Virus record (IMG/VR): IMGVR_UViG_3300025018_000093
Origin: a virus
Lineage: Duplodnaviria > Caudoviricetes
Length of the DNA stretch: 64,000 nucleotides
Direction: 5' to 3' (one strand)
This document shows positions 7,649 to 17,200 of this stretch, in pieces. A model generated the notes under the pieces. The model was given only the letters and a program-made list of their open reading frames with translations, had not been told where the DNA came from and did not search any database. Position numbers and translations under genes: made by a program. Each line of letters begins with the position of its first letter. The first letter of the stretch is position 1.

Positions 7649-8063
7649 CTGCTCTTGACACAGCAGACTGCGTGGATAACACTCTAGGGGATGCCCGTGT
7701 GCTGACGGGACGAAGCGTAGAGGGACGAAGATGAAAGCGATGCCAGCCGGTCACACGTAGGTACCTCTAGCGGAGTCTCCAAGGATTGGTGTTCCCCTGC
7801 CCTATCTGGACGTGGAGCCCTCTTGCCGTCCTGGGAACAAGCCAGTAGCCTCAGTGATCCAGGAATCTCTGATTCACACTGGAGGTTTCAGCAAAGACAT
7901 CTGCGCCACCCTCTGGACCACCCCCCAGATTAGAGAGTGGATGGCCCCAAAAGCGGAAGCTACACAGGCCGCTGCGTAACGAAGGAAGCCCCTATGGAAT
8001 TTGCGGACGTATCCCGGGGAGGCCCCTGGGATACCACTAAGAAACACGTCAGAAGGAGAAGAG

Positions 8064-8870
8064 ATGCAGTCCGGAAGTAACAGTCCAGCTCTTGTGCAAA
8101 TGCGAAAGCAGGGTCTGGATGCGAGCGGGCAGCCTGTCAGCTCCTACTGGAAAGCTCGCATTGAAGCGGAGGAGGGTCGCGTCCGAGTGCAAGAGCTGGA
8201 GGAGGAAATTGCACAGCTCCGCTCCCAGCAGCCGGACCCCTCCCCTTTCATACTCTTGACCCAAAGCCAAGAGGAAGAGCTTGTACGGCTGCGAGCGGAG
8301 AATGCGAAGCTGAGGTCCAACTCACAGACGAAGGAACTAAAGTCGGCTCTGCTAGAAATGGAGTGTGCCAAGAGAACAGCTGCCACAAAGTTTCAGGAAC
8401 ATCTCCGAGTACTGCAGGAAAAGGAGCGGGAGCTTCGCAAAGAAACTCAAGAGGCTATCCGTTCCCGGGACTTCTGGAAGAACGAAGCGGAGATGCTCCG
8501 CAAGTCTTTGAAAGACTTGCACGCTTCCATGCTGTCCACGGAGAACGAAGAGGTCATACCCCTGGGACGCACACCCACCATCCGGGACTTTCTCCTCTGG
8601 GTAGGCGTTCGTCTCACGGAGGGGAGGGTTCTCGCAATCGGAGATGACTTTGGAGTCCCCATCAGCATTGAAGTAAAGGACGGAAGTCTGCGCCGCGTTC
8701 ACGAGGTCGATATCGGGGTGCGAAAGAGCTTCCAGACAGTAGCTCTGTCCGACTCCGTGCCCCAGCTAGTCTCAATTTTCTTTCCATACAAGAGTTACTG
8801 CGGGTATCAGACGGACCCCCGCATACTGGAAGCCTTTCGCATACTCGGACGTCCCTTGACCACCATGTAG
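8064..8870 (+). CDS. coiled-coil hypothetical protein
   Basis: ATG after AGAAGGAG; long heptad-rich region. Confidence 0.75.
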   Translation: MQSGSNSPALVQMRKQGLDASGQPVSSYWKARIEAEEGRVRVQELEEEIAQLRSQQPDPSPFILLTQSQEEELVRLRAENAKLRSNSQTKELKSALLEMECAKRTAATKFQEHLRVLQEKERELRKETQEAIRSRDFWKNEAEMLRKSLKDLHASMLSTENEEVIPLGRTPTIRDFLLWVGVRLTEGRVLAIGDDFGVPISIEVKDGSLRRVHEVDIGVRKSFQTVALSDSVPQLVSIFFPYKSYCGYQTDPRILEAFRILGRPLTTM

Positions 8871-8929
8871 GAGCGGGAGTTCGACCACCTGCGCAAGCTG
8901 AGCAGTCGGTCCCTACTGGAGTTCCTGCC

Positions 8930-9268
8930 ATGAACCTGGAAGAGGCACTCAACAGGTACAGCATTCCCGTGGAGCAGAGTCATGGGCTGTACTACCTCAG
9001 CTACCCTCCTGTCCGGGGGGCTCACTTTCAGATTGTCCCTGGACCTGGGAAGCAGGTGACGCTCCACTTCTTCGACGCTCTCATGGGGTCTGTAGCAGCT
9101 AGCGGAAAACCAATCCGTGTAACCAACGATCCCCACAAAATTGCCAGTGTCATCAAGACACGCCTCAAGCAATGGAATACTGCCATCCTGGAAAACCCCA
9201 GAGGGGCTTCTCAGAAACCAAGCGTCCACAGCGTTGTACAGCGGTATCTGCGACGACTCGAAGGATAG
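8930..9268 (+). CDS. hypothetical protein
   Basis: GGAG RBS; 112 aa; ends SVVQRYLRRLEG. Confidence 0.7.
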   Translation: MNLEEALNRYSIPVEQSHGLYYLSYPPVRGAHFQIVPGPGKQVTLHFFDALMGSVAASGKPIRVTNDPHKIASVIKTRLKQWNTAILENPRGASQKPSVHSVVQRYLRRLEG

Positions 9269-9323
9269 CCTGTCTAGGTGTGTCACAACTTCTTGCTTCC
9301 AGGCGTGGTTGCTCAGTGTGTGC

Positions 9324-9395
9324 GCTCCTGTAGCTCAGTCGGCAGAGCGCTGGCCTCGTATGCCAGTGACCTCGGTTCGATTCCGGGCAGGAGCT
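9324..9395 (+). tRNA. tRNA-Thr (CGT); CCA not encoded
   Basis: GCTCCTG/CAGGAGC acceptor; CTGGC-CTCGTAT-GCCAG anticodon arm; GGTTCGATTCC. Confidence 0.9.
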
Positions 9396-9397
9396 TT

Positions 9398-9468
9398 GTC
9401 TCCATAGCTCAATGGCAGAGCACTGGCATGGTAGGTCAGCAATCCAGGTTCGACTCCTGGTGGAGGCT
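9398..9468 (+). tRNA. tRNA-Thr (GGT); CCA not encoded
   Basis: GTCTCCA/TGGAGGC acceptor; CTGGC-ATGGTAG-GTCAG; CCAGG-TTCGACT-CCTGG. Confidence 0.9.
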
Positions 9469-9485
9469 TTGCTACTAAAGCCCTT

Positions 9486-9515
9486 TTCGACTTCCCTTTT
9501 TCCCCGTGGTAATGT
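9486..9515 (+). promoter_or_regulatory. possible sigma70-like promoter for the chaperonin gene
   Basis: TTCGAC-18 nt-TAATGT, with TGG before the -10. Confidence 0.3.
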
Positions 9516-9545
9516 AGGGTGTTGCGTCTAGCAACAGGGGGGGGG

Positions 9546-11174
9546 ATGATGCGAAAGACAAAGACAAGAACTCCCAAGACCATCTACTTCGGACAAGCCG
9601 CGAGAGAAAAGCTCTTACGAGGTGCTCTCCAACTGGCGGAAGCTGCCGCTGTGACCTACGGCCCTTGTGGACGTATCGTTATCCTGGAAAGAGTCGCGGG
9701 CAACATTGCCACTAAAGATGGTGCTACTGTCGTCCGGGAGATTTCTTTCAGGGACCCGGGGATGTCCATGGGAGCTGCTTTGCTCAAGGAACCTTGCTTG
9801 GCCATGTCGGAGACAGTCGGGGATGGAACGACAACAACAGCCATCCTGGCAGCCAGCTTGCTCAAGGAGTGCCATCGATACCTGGTTGCGGGTGTCAACC
9901 CCATGCACCTGTCCAAAGGGCTCAGAGAGGCTGCTAGGGCCGCTATTGACCTCCTGCATGAACTTGCGATGCCCGTTGAAAGCGAGCATGAGGTTCGCAG
10001 CATTACCCTCATCGCTTCTAACGGGGATACCGAGATTGCACAGCACCTGACGAAAGCCGTCATGTCTGTGGGGCAAAAGGGAACTGTCACCATAGAAGAC
10101 GGCTTGGGGACAGAAACGGAACTGGTACTCCGTGATGGAATGTCCTTGGAGGCAGGATTTGTAAGTCCTTCCTGCTGGCCATCCTCGAAAGAAATCCGAG
10201 AGCATTTCGAGCAACCTTTCCTGGCATTGTTCGACTGTGGTCTATACAGCTTCGAGGACATCCGGGATGTTGTCGAAGTAGCTTCTCAATGGCCGCATCC
10301 ACTCATCATCTTTGCACACACGGTAGAGGCGGGAGCCTTGGCCACTTGGGTGTTGAACGGCAAGAGTAGTGACGGTCGCCCCAGCTGGCATGGTGCCTTG
10401 GTAAAGTGTCCAGGGTGGGGGGATCATAGAAGAGCTTTCCTCGATGATATTGCCAGCCTCTCTGGAGCCACCGTAATTGACCCCAAAGCAGGGATGGACT
10501 TGCACAACCTCAACCCTGAATGGTTTGGTTCCGTACAAACGGCCACGGTAGAGAGGAACAGTACGCTTCTCGTGGGCTATGCAGATGGGGTGACCACGGA
10601 GCGGGTGCAAAAGAGAGTCCGGTGCTTGCAGGCCGAAAAGGAAAGAGCACTCCACGAGTACGACCAAGACAGATTGCAGGAGCGAATTTCCAAATTGAAT
10701 GGTGGTCTGGCAACGCTTCGCGTGGGAGGTATCACAGAGTCTGCTCTTCAAGAGCGTCGCGCCCGTATCGAGGATGCCTTGGGATCTGTACGGGCCGCCT
10801 TGGCGGAAGGGATCGTCCCTGGAGCAGGAGCCGCGTACCTCTTTGCGGCACAGTGGCTAACCGCGCAGGATCCTCCCGAGGGAGATGCATCCTTGGGGTA
10901 TCTCGCATTCATCCACGCTTTGCAGGAGCCTTTCCGCGTGCTCCTTCGCAATGCGGGCCAGGAATCAAGCAATGCTCTGGAGAAAGTGGACCCGATGCAG
11001 GGGGAGGAGTGCAATCCGTGGATGGGGTGGGATGTGGTCCAAAGGAAAGCTCGCCTACTCTATGAGGAACCCATGATCGTGGATGCCACACGGGTAGCTG
11101 TAGAAGCAATCCGATACGTGGCCTCCGCCGTGGGCACCATAATCACGACAGAAGTAATGGTGGTACGGGAATGA
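9546..11174 (+). CDS. groEL: divergent GroEL-like chaperonin
   Basis: AVTYGPCGRIV, TKDGATVVREI, VGDGTTTTAILA, LQERISKLNGG, EGIVPGAG. Confidence 0.93.
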   Translation: MMRKTKTRTPKTIYFGQAAREKLLRGALQLAEAAAVTYGPCGRIVILERVAGNIATKDGATVVREISFRDPGMSMGAALLKEPCLAMSETVGDGTTTTAILAASLLKECHRYLVAGVNPMHLSKGLREAARAAIDLLHELAMPVESEHEVRSITLIASNGDTEIAQHLTKAVMSVGQKGTVTIEDGLGTETELVLRDGMSLEAGFVSPSCWPSSKEIREHFEQPFLALFDCGLYSFEDIRDVVEVASQWPHPLIIFAHTVEAGALATWVLNGKSSDGRPSWHGALVKCPGWGDHRRAFLDDIASLSGATVIDPKAGMDLHNLNPEWFGSVQTATVERNSTLLVGYADGVTTERVQKRVRCLQAEKERALHEYDQDRLQERISKLNGGLATLRVGGITESALQERRARIEDALGSVRAALAEGIVPGAGAAYLFAAQWLTAQDPPEGDASLGYLAFIHALQEPFRVLLRNAGQESSNALEKVDPMQGEECNPWMGWDVVQRKARLLYEEPMIVDATRVAVEAIRYVASAVGTIITTEVMVVRE

Positions 11175-11614
11175 TCACAGCTACCCTGGCAGAGAAGATC
11201 CTCCAGCTGTTACGGGAACTGATCCAAGGATCCTGGGCACTCCGAGAGGAGGGAAAGTTCACCCCGGATGTGGTGGGTAGCACCTGTGTACTACTGACCA
11301 ACGCAGTGCACCTTCTGGACTCCTATCTAACCCAGGTGCAAGCTCAGCAAACAAACAACCTTGGTTGTATACTGAGGTTCCTCGCGCAATCGCAATCCGC
11401 TATCTGTCTTCTATCCGACCAGCGGACGCAACTGATTCTACGATGGCCTACACCGGAGGACTCCCGCGTGGTGTACCCCCACACACAGGACGAGAGCACA
11501 CAAAGCATCGATATCAGGCGGAGATGGATGCGGATCGACAATGCAAACTCAAAAGCTGTCGAGTTCCCTGTGGAAGAGACAGTCACCAAAAGGGCTCACA
11601 ATGGAAGAACGTGA
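11171..11614 (+). CDS. hypothetical protein
   Basis: ATGA overlap with groEL. Confidence 0.7.
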   Translation: MITATLAEKILQLLRELIQGSWALREEGKFTPDVVGSTCVLLTNAVHLLDSYLTQVQAQQTNNLGCILRFLAQSQSAICLLSDQRTQLILRWPTPEDSRVVYPHTQDESTQSIDIRRRWMRIDNANSKAVEFPVEETVTKRAHNGRT

Positions 11615-12041
11615 GGGGCCGCCGCAAGGTCCTTGGAAAAAAGGGAAGGGAGAGTACACAGCCTTTGTGTTGGAGGTGCATGTGTGCGAGACACAGAAAG
11701 AGGGTGTCCGCATGGTGTACACCTATCATGACTTCCAGAGTCCAGAGGACGAAAGGATCGCTCGCAGTCTCTCCTCTGCGGGAGAAGAACAAGCAGCCTA
11801 TGCGCTCATCCTGAACGCTCTTCGTCGAGAGTGCTTTGTCGAGGCTCTACTTCAGCTCCAGCAGGAACCCGGATTCCTGGACAGGTATCGGCAAGCAGAA
11901 CAGGTTGAAAGAAGAGACCTGGAAGTGGAGGTCGCTTCCAAGACCGTCACGATGCTCTCTCGTGTATTGCGGAAAATGGCACCCGAGGTAGCGCGGGAAA
12001 TCATGACGATGATCGATGGGATGCAGGACAAAAAGTCCTGA
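11601..12041 (+). CDS. hypothetical protein
   Basis: coupled ORF, helical C-terminus. Confidence 0.7.
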   Translation: MEEREGPPQGPWKKGKGEYTAFVLEVHVCETQKEGVRMVYTYHDFQSPEDERIARSLSSAGEEQAAYALILNALRRECFVEALLQLQQEPGFLDRYRQAEQVERRDLEVEVASKTVTMLSRVLRKMAPEVAREIMTMIDGMQDKKS

Positions 12042-12071
12042 GACCGCGTAGGTTCATTGGAGGGCTTGCGC

Positions 12072-12293
12072 ATGACTGCAGTAGTACTAGACCTTTCGAC
12101 GAAAGTCCGAAAAACCTTCTGGAACCTCTGGAAAGGACGCCAGCAGGACTTGGAGCTGCCGGCTAACGTTTCCGAGCTGACCCCAGAGAAAGCTTTTCGC
12201 ATGGGGCATAGAAAAGGTTTCTGGGAAGGAGCACTGGACGCTACCCAGGTGGTGGCAAGTCAGTCTTTGGAAGACACCATCCGATCCCAGTAG
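12072..12293 (+). CDS. small hypothetical protein
   Basis: GGAGGG RBS then ATG; FRMGHRKGFWEG. Confidence 0.6.
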   Translation: MTAVVLDLSTKVRKTFWNLWKGRQQDLELPANVSELTPEKAFRMGHRKGFWEGALDATQVVASQSLEDTIRSQ

Positions 12294-12562
12294 CGATCCC
12301 CCGGGGATAACTTCAGACGGTGCCCTGTCCTGAGCTGAATCGTGATCTGCTCTGGGACCTCCCCCGTCTCGATTCCATCCGGCAGAAGAATCGCACGTTT
12401 CTTCCGATGCTTTGCGACAAAGGTGCCGACTGGTGTTTGCACTTTCTCGCCAGCACGCAACTCCAGAAGCACCTCCGGGAGTGTCTCCAGGATCTCTCGG
12501 ATCTCTTTGTGGGTCTTCTTTGTCTTCTGGCTCAGCGATACGAGCAAGTCATGGTACTTCAT
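12260..12562 (-). CDS. HU/IHF-family DNA-binding protein
   Basis: LSQKTKKTHKEIREIL...GEKVQTPVGTFVAKHRKKR...GE. Confidence 0.8.
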   Translation of the reverse strand: MKYHDLLVSLSQKTKKTHKEIREILETLPEVLLELRAGEKVQTPVGTFVAKHRKKRAILLPDGIETGEVPEQITIQLRTGHRLKLSPGDRYWDRMVSSKD

Positions 12563-12582
12563 GGGGTAGCCTAAGTCCGTGA

Positions 12583-12611
12583 TAGTGATGCTATACGGGG
12601 ATTCCCTGTAG
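12583..12611 (+). promoter_or_regulatory. candidate phage promoter motif (N14 variant)
   Basis: TAG tgatg CTAT acggggattccctg TAG upstream of ATG 12648. Confidence 0.35.
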
Positions 12612-12647
12612 GATGATGTCTTTGTTTGAAGGGGACCCGTACCAGCT

Positions 12648-14282
12648 ATGAAACCTCGGAAACAGAAATCAGCGCGGGCTGACGTGACGCCCGTTCGTCA
12701 GCGTACTCAATTTTCGTGCATGGCCGCCTCCATGGCAATGGCTCTTCGTGCACTCGGCATCGATTGTACCGAGGATGAGACGGCAGACGTAATGGGTGTG
12801 CGACCAATGCGAGGGGCAACCTGGGAGGATGCGCTTGCTGCTGCACAGCACTATGGCTGCCGTGCGACGTTATGCGTTCCCGCAACACTCCAGCAAGTCA
12901 AGGAGTGGACGGATGCCGGAGACCCCGTACTGATTGCATGGAACCCTGAAAACAGAGAGTGGTCCCATGCCTCTGTGATCTTCGACGTCACAGAAGAACA
13001 TACCGTTCATGTGGCTGATCCGAACATCCCAGACCCAGACGAAACAGTTCGTGTTGTTCCTCGAAAGGACTTTTACAGCAAGTGGTCAGAGAAGTGGCCT
13101 CGGTACCTCGTTCGGCGCCCTGCCATGCGAATCACGAGAGAAATCACACCTGACGGGAGACAGGTTATGGCTGGCAGCCGAAAAGCAGATGAAGTCTCGG
13201 ATGATCTCCTGGAAGCCCTTCTTACAGGCGTAGGTGACCTTCACAAGATCATTCTCGCACAAGATGACGGAGGTAAGATCGTGAGTGAGGGACTGCTGAG
13301 TTTGAACTCCTTTGCGAGTGTTCTGCGAGAAGCTAACCGACAAGCCAAGTTCGAGAAGGGAAAGGATATGTCCGCGCAGGACGTAGCCGACTATCTCTCG
13401 GAGCACGGGGCTCCCGAGGCTGCGAAGCGATGGATGGAAGAGCACGAGAAGAACAAGGACAACTTCGACAAGAAGGCCAGCCCTCTTCTCAACGCAGATG
13501 ACTACGCTCGTCTCTTGCAAGCCAAGTTCGAGAAGGGGAAGGAAATGTCTGCCCAGGACGTGGCAGACTACCTCTCGGAGCATGGGGCTCCTGAAGCTGC
13601 GAAGCGGTGGATGGAAGAGCACGAGAAGAACAAGGACAACTTCGACAAGAAGTCCACTTCGCGACAAGCCAAGTTTGAGAAGGGGAAGGAAATGTCTGCC
13701 CAGGACGTGGCGGACTACCTCTCGGAACATGGGGCTCCTGAGGCTGCAAAACGGTGGATGGAAGAGCACGAGAAGAACAAGAACAAGTTCGATAAGAAGT
13801 CCTCAAGGGGCCGTGGGCGATTGACGGCGCACTACCCTCAGGGTATCCCCGGAGTGCACAAGCAAGCCATGGAAGGAAGAGATGAGGACGTCATCTCGAA
13901 GGATCTTCTTTTAGCTACCTTCAGGGACCTGGCAGAGGAGTCCGCTGCGGACTTGGCCGCTGTCCTGGCGAATGCCAAGTCCGATGCGGACGTGCAGACG
14001 GCTCTCCGTTACGCGGCCGAGCTGCTGGATGGCTTCGGAGTCGAGTCCATCAACGCCGAGAACTCTTGGGACAACTTCTTCGGGGAAGCTGTGGCTTTGT
14101 ATGTTAACACAGGGGACACCTTCAACACTACGGTCCTCTATGACACACAAGAGAGCATGTTCTACCTGACGAGCTGGGGTGTCTGGGTAGAGAAGTTTGA
14201 ACAACAAGGTGGAAGAGTCAAAGCGGCCCATTGGGATGAGATCCCTGCTTCGGTCGAAGACTGGCTAACCTGGAAGGAGTAG
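12648..14282 (+). CDS. modular protein: C39-like cysteine peptidase, three 45-aa repeats, C-terminal small domain
   Basis: QRTQFSCMAAS (Q,C), WSHASV (H), VADPN (D); repeats QAKFEKGK..NFDKK; YVNTGDTFNTTVLYD. Confidence 0.8.
   Translation: MKPRKQKSARADVTPVRQRTQFSCMAASMAMALRALGIDCTEDETADVMGVRPMRGATWEDALAAAQHYGCRATLCVPATLQQVKEWTDAGDPVLIAWNPENREWSHASVIFDVTEEHTVHVADPNIPDPDETVRVVPRKDFYSKWSEKWPRYLVRRPAMRITREITPDGRQVMAGSRKADEVSDDLLEALLTGVGDLHKIILAQDDGGKIVSEGLLSLNSFASVLREANRQAKFEKGKDMSAQDVADYLSEHGAPEAAKRWMEEHEKNKDNFDKKASPLLNADDYARLLQAKFEKGKEMSAQDVADYLSEHGAPEAAKRWMEEHEKNKDNFDKKSTSRQAKFEKGKEMSAQDVADYLSEHGAPEAAKRWMEEHEKNKNKFDKKSSRGRGRLTAHYPQGIPGVHKQAMEGRDEDVISKDLLLATFRDLAEESAADLAAVLANAKSDADVQTALRYAAELLDGFGVESINAENSWDNFFGEAVALYVNTGDTFNTTVLYDTQESMFYLTSWGVWVEKFEQQGGRVKAAHWDEIPASVEDWLTWKE
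13341..13799 (+). repeat. three ~135-bp intragenic repeats (13341-13475, 13518-13652, 13665-13799)
   Basis: near-identical 45-aa modules carrying synonymous differences. Confidence 0.95.
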
Positions 14283-14285
14283 AGA

Positions 14286-17200
14286 ATGCGTCAGCGTAAC
14301 CCTGGGGACCGCCTTTCTGCAAAGCGAGTGGCAAACATGCATGCTCGCAGAGAAGCTATTCGGAAGAGAGCGGAAATCCGTGAGACCTTTGATATCTTTC
14401 CTGCGGAATTGGAACAAGAGGCCCTGATCGATGCCAAGACGGCAACCCGAGAGGGGTACAAACTCATTTCCCCGCAGCTCTACAAGGACTTGAGAGCTGT
14501 CTATGGAGCGCGAGCGATCAGGTTCTTTCACTTGTATCGTGTGCTCCGTGGGATTCAGCTCGGTAGACCTGTTCCTCCGAATCTGTCCACAGACTTCCGG
14601 GACCTCGTGCGCATCATGGCCAATACCAAGGCCCGTGCGGACGGCAGGAAGATCAGTCCTCCGGTGAAAGACCAGCTCTTCAGTAGCTCCAAGCGTATCC
14701 TCCCCAAGCTAGACGTGGTGGAGAGCGCTTTCCAGGCAGACCCCTCTAAGCGTGGTGGGACACAAACCTGGCGTCCCATCACCGAGCAATATGGACTTCT
14801 GATTGAAGCCCTGGCACGGGACAAAGGTGTCTACCTCAAGATTGGAAAGTACATCGGAGCGGGTGGTGTGCAGTGGCCCGTCTTCTTCAAGATGCGCCCC
14901 GAGGAAGAGGGTATGGCTCGTCTGGAAGACGAGGACACACCAACCTTCGAGGCAATGCAACGACTTCAGAAGAATGTGCAAGAACTTAACGATCTTGCCG
15001 TGTCCTACATCAAGGAGGATGGCTTCATCCCCGAGAAGAGGCAGATAGCAGGCCGGTGGGTGAACATCGCTGTCTCTGAGGAAACGAAACTGGCACTGGA
15101 CGAGCTTCGCAAAAGGCAAGCCTCACTCAGCAGCGTCTTGCGGAAAACCAACAAGACCTGGGCAAAGTGGTGGAGAAGTGCCGATACCTTTGATGTGGAC
15201 TCCGAAGAGTATCGCGCCTGGTTGGAGAACAACCCAGAACCAGAGATGATGCCGAAGACGAAACTCAAGAAGCTACGCGAGAGATGGGAGCGCCGTAAGC
15301 CCAAGGATGGTGACCCTGAATCCCTCAAGGTGTGGGAGAAAGCAGAACCCACGATGGAGGGGCTCAAGGAAGAGATTTCTAAGCGGGGTGCTTCCTATCG
15401 GGCACTGCGGGAAGAGTATGATCGCAACGCCGACGAGACAGTGTACGACCACACAGGTACTCGTTACTCAGTGCAGGAGTTCCAAGAGAAGGAAACAGAA
15501 CGACGGCAGCAGATGACGGAGCTGGCCTCCGACACGCTCATTGATGATGAGCGTATCGAAAGCATGCGTCTCCTTTCAGAAAGTACTCTGGACAAGATTG
15601 AAGGTGACAGCTACACCGTGTCCCTGACGGATGACGCGGCGAAGTCCAATCGGCTGACAAAGATTTTCCCCGTCAAGGAAGTTCCCGCCCGTATCCTGAA
15701 CCAGCTGCTCCCACCCGACAAGCAGCTCTTCACAGGGTTCAAGGGCCAACCCCATATGGTTCCAGTGGTCACCAGTGGAAGGTACGCAGGGATCCCTGTG
15801 GACCATCTGGTGAACGAAAATGGACGCATGATCGAGCGCACGGAGTATATCTTCGACGTACAGAGTGGGACAGGCCGAGGAAGGCCCAAAAAGGCTGCCG
15901 ATTGGGAGCTAACCTCCCGCGAACCTTTCGTGACCGTCGCGGATGACGGACGTCTGTTCATCAGCGTTGAGGGTGGAAAGGGAAGCAAGTGGCGAAAGGT
16001 AGCAGACCAATTGCATGCCATCGCGGGGTTTACGCGAAATGAGAAGGGGGAGATGACCTTCGCAAAGCGGGACCGTCTTGTAGGGGTACCTGGATTCGAA
16101 AAGGACGGATCCTACTACACGCAAGCTGTGGACAAGAATGGGGAGGTGAAGAAACGAGGTCAGTTTGGCTTCTACTTCACGCCTGAGAACTTCGGCACGG
16201 TCCAAGAGAAGATTGGGGCAATGGCTCTCTCTGAGGGTGCCGCGAAACACCTCGAAGACTACTTCGAGGATCTTCTCCGAGCCGAAAAGGCCACGGAAGA
16301 GCAGAATCTAGCACCCTTCCACCACAGCAACCTGGGGGGCTTCCGGGACTGGGTTCTGAATGCAGACGGGGAAGAGTGGCTCAAGGAGAAGCAGAACTTC
16401 GAGAATCTCCAACGGCAACACCCAGAGGATGCCCGTGTGGGGGAATGGGCGAGAAAAGCTCAGGTGCTACGAGACAAGCTCAATTACCCGAAGACCCTTC
16501 TGGAGAAACAACGAAATCTCCAGTCCAAGATTCGAGATTTTCCTAAGTCACCAAATGTCCCAGAGTGGACCAAAGAAGTTGAAGAGATCAACCAGACTTT
16601 CAAGCGCAAAGACCTCGGAGGTTTCCAGTTCCAGCTCCTGGAGCTTCAAAAGAAGTCTCTGGCCTGGATGGAGGCTCGCGGGGATAACGGTGTCTGCTCC
16701 CTAGACACGGGCATCGGAAAGACGCTGGTTGCCTTGGCGATGATCCAAAAGCTTCAACGAGACGGGTGGACAGACTCCGAGATGGTCATCTCGGAGGCGG
16801 AAGCCGCGAAGTCCCTCGCAGATTTCGATTCTGTTAAAGCTGCACTGGCTGCGAACCCGGGAAGTGAAACTCTGCAGAATCAATATCAGGAGCTGAAGGA
16901 CTCTGTAGCTCAGGAGTACCCACACGGAACCAATGGTCGTTTCCTGTACGTGGCTCCATCCAAGAATCTCTTGGGGAATCTCGACAAGGAAGCTGCCGGG
17001 TTCTTGGACTCCGAGGGGTACTCCATCACGGGTGAGAAGATTGACTCGATTCATGCTAAGGGCCAGGGTAGCTTCCAGTCCGTCATGAACAAGAAGCCAG
17101 GGCAGGACACCATTAAGGTGCAGCGGGGTGGCGGGACTGGAGCAATCACCATCGAAAACTGGAAGAAGGAAGTCACGCGGTACGTCGCAATCTTCTTTGA

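Noticed and set aside
7687-8040. tmRNA (GGGGATG...GACGGG start and a frame ending AAA*)
   Set aside because: There is no T arm or matching CCA acceptor end, and the Ala-rich stop is ~290 nt in, too far for a tag reading frame.
13086-13769. Long antisense ORFs (e.g. 13086-13769, 17321-18160, 58788-59906, 47325-48284)
   Set aside because: They are shadows of + strand genes with recognisable motifs, as expected in GC-rich coding DNA.
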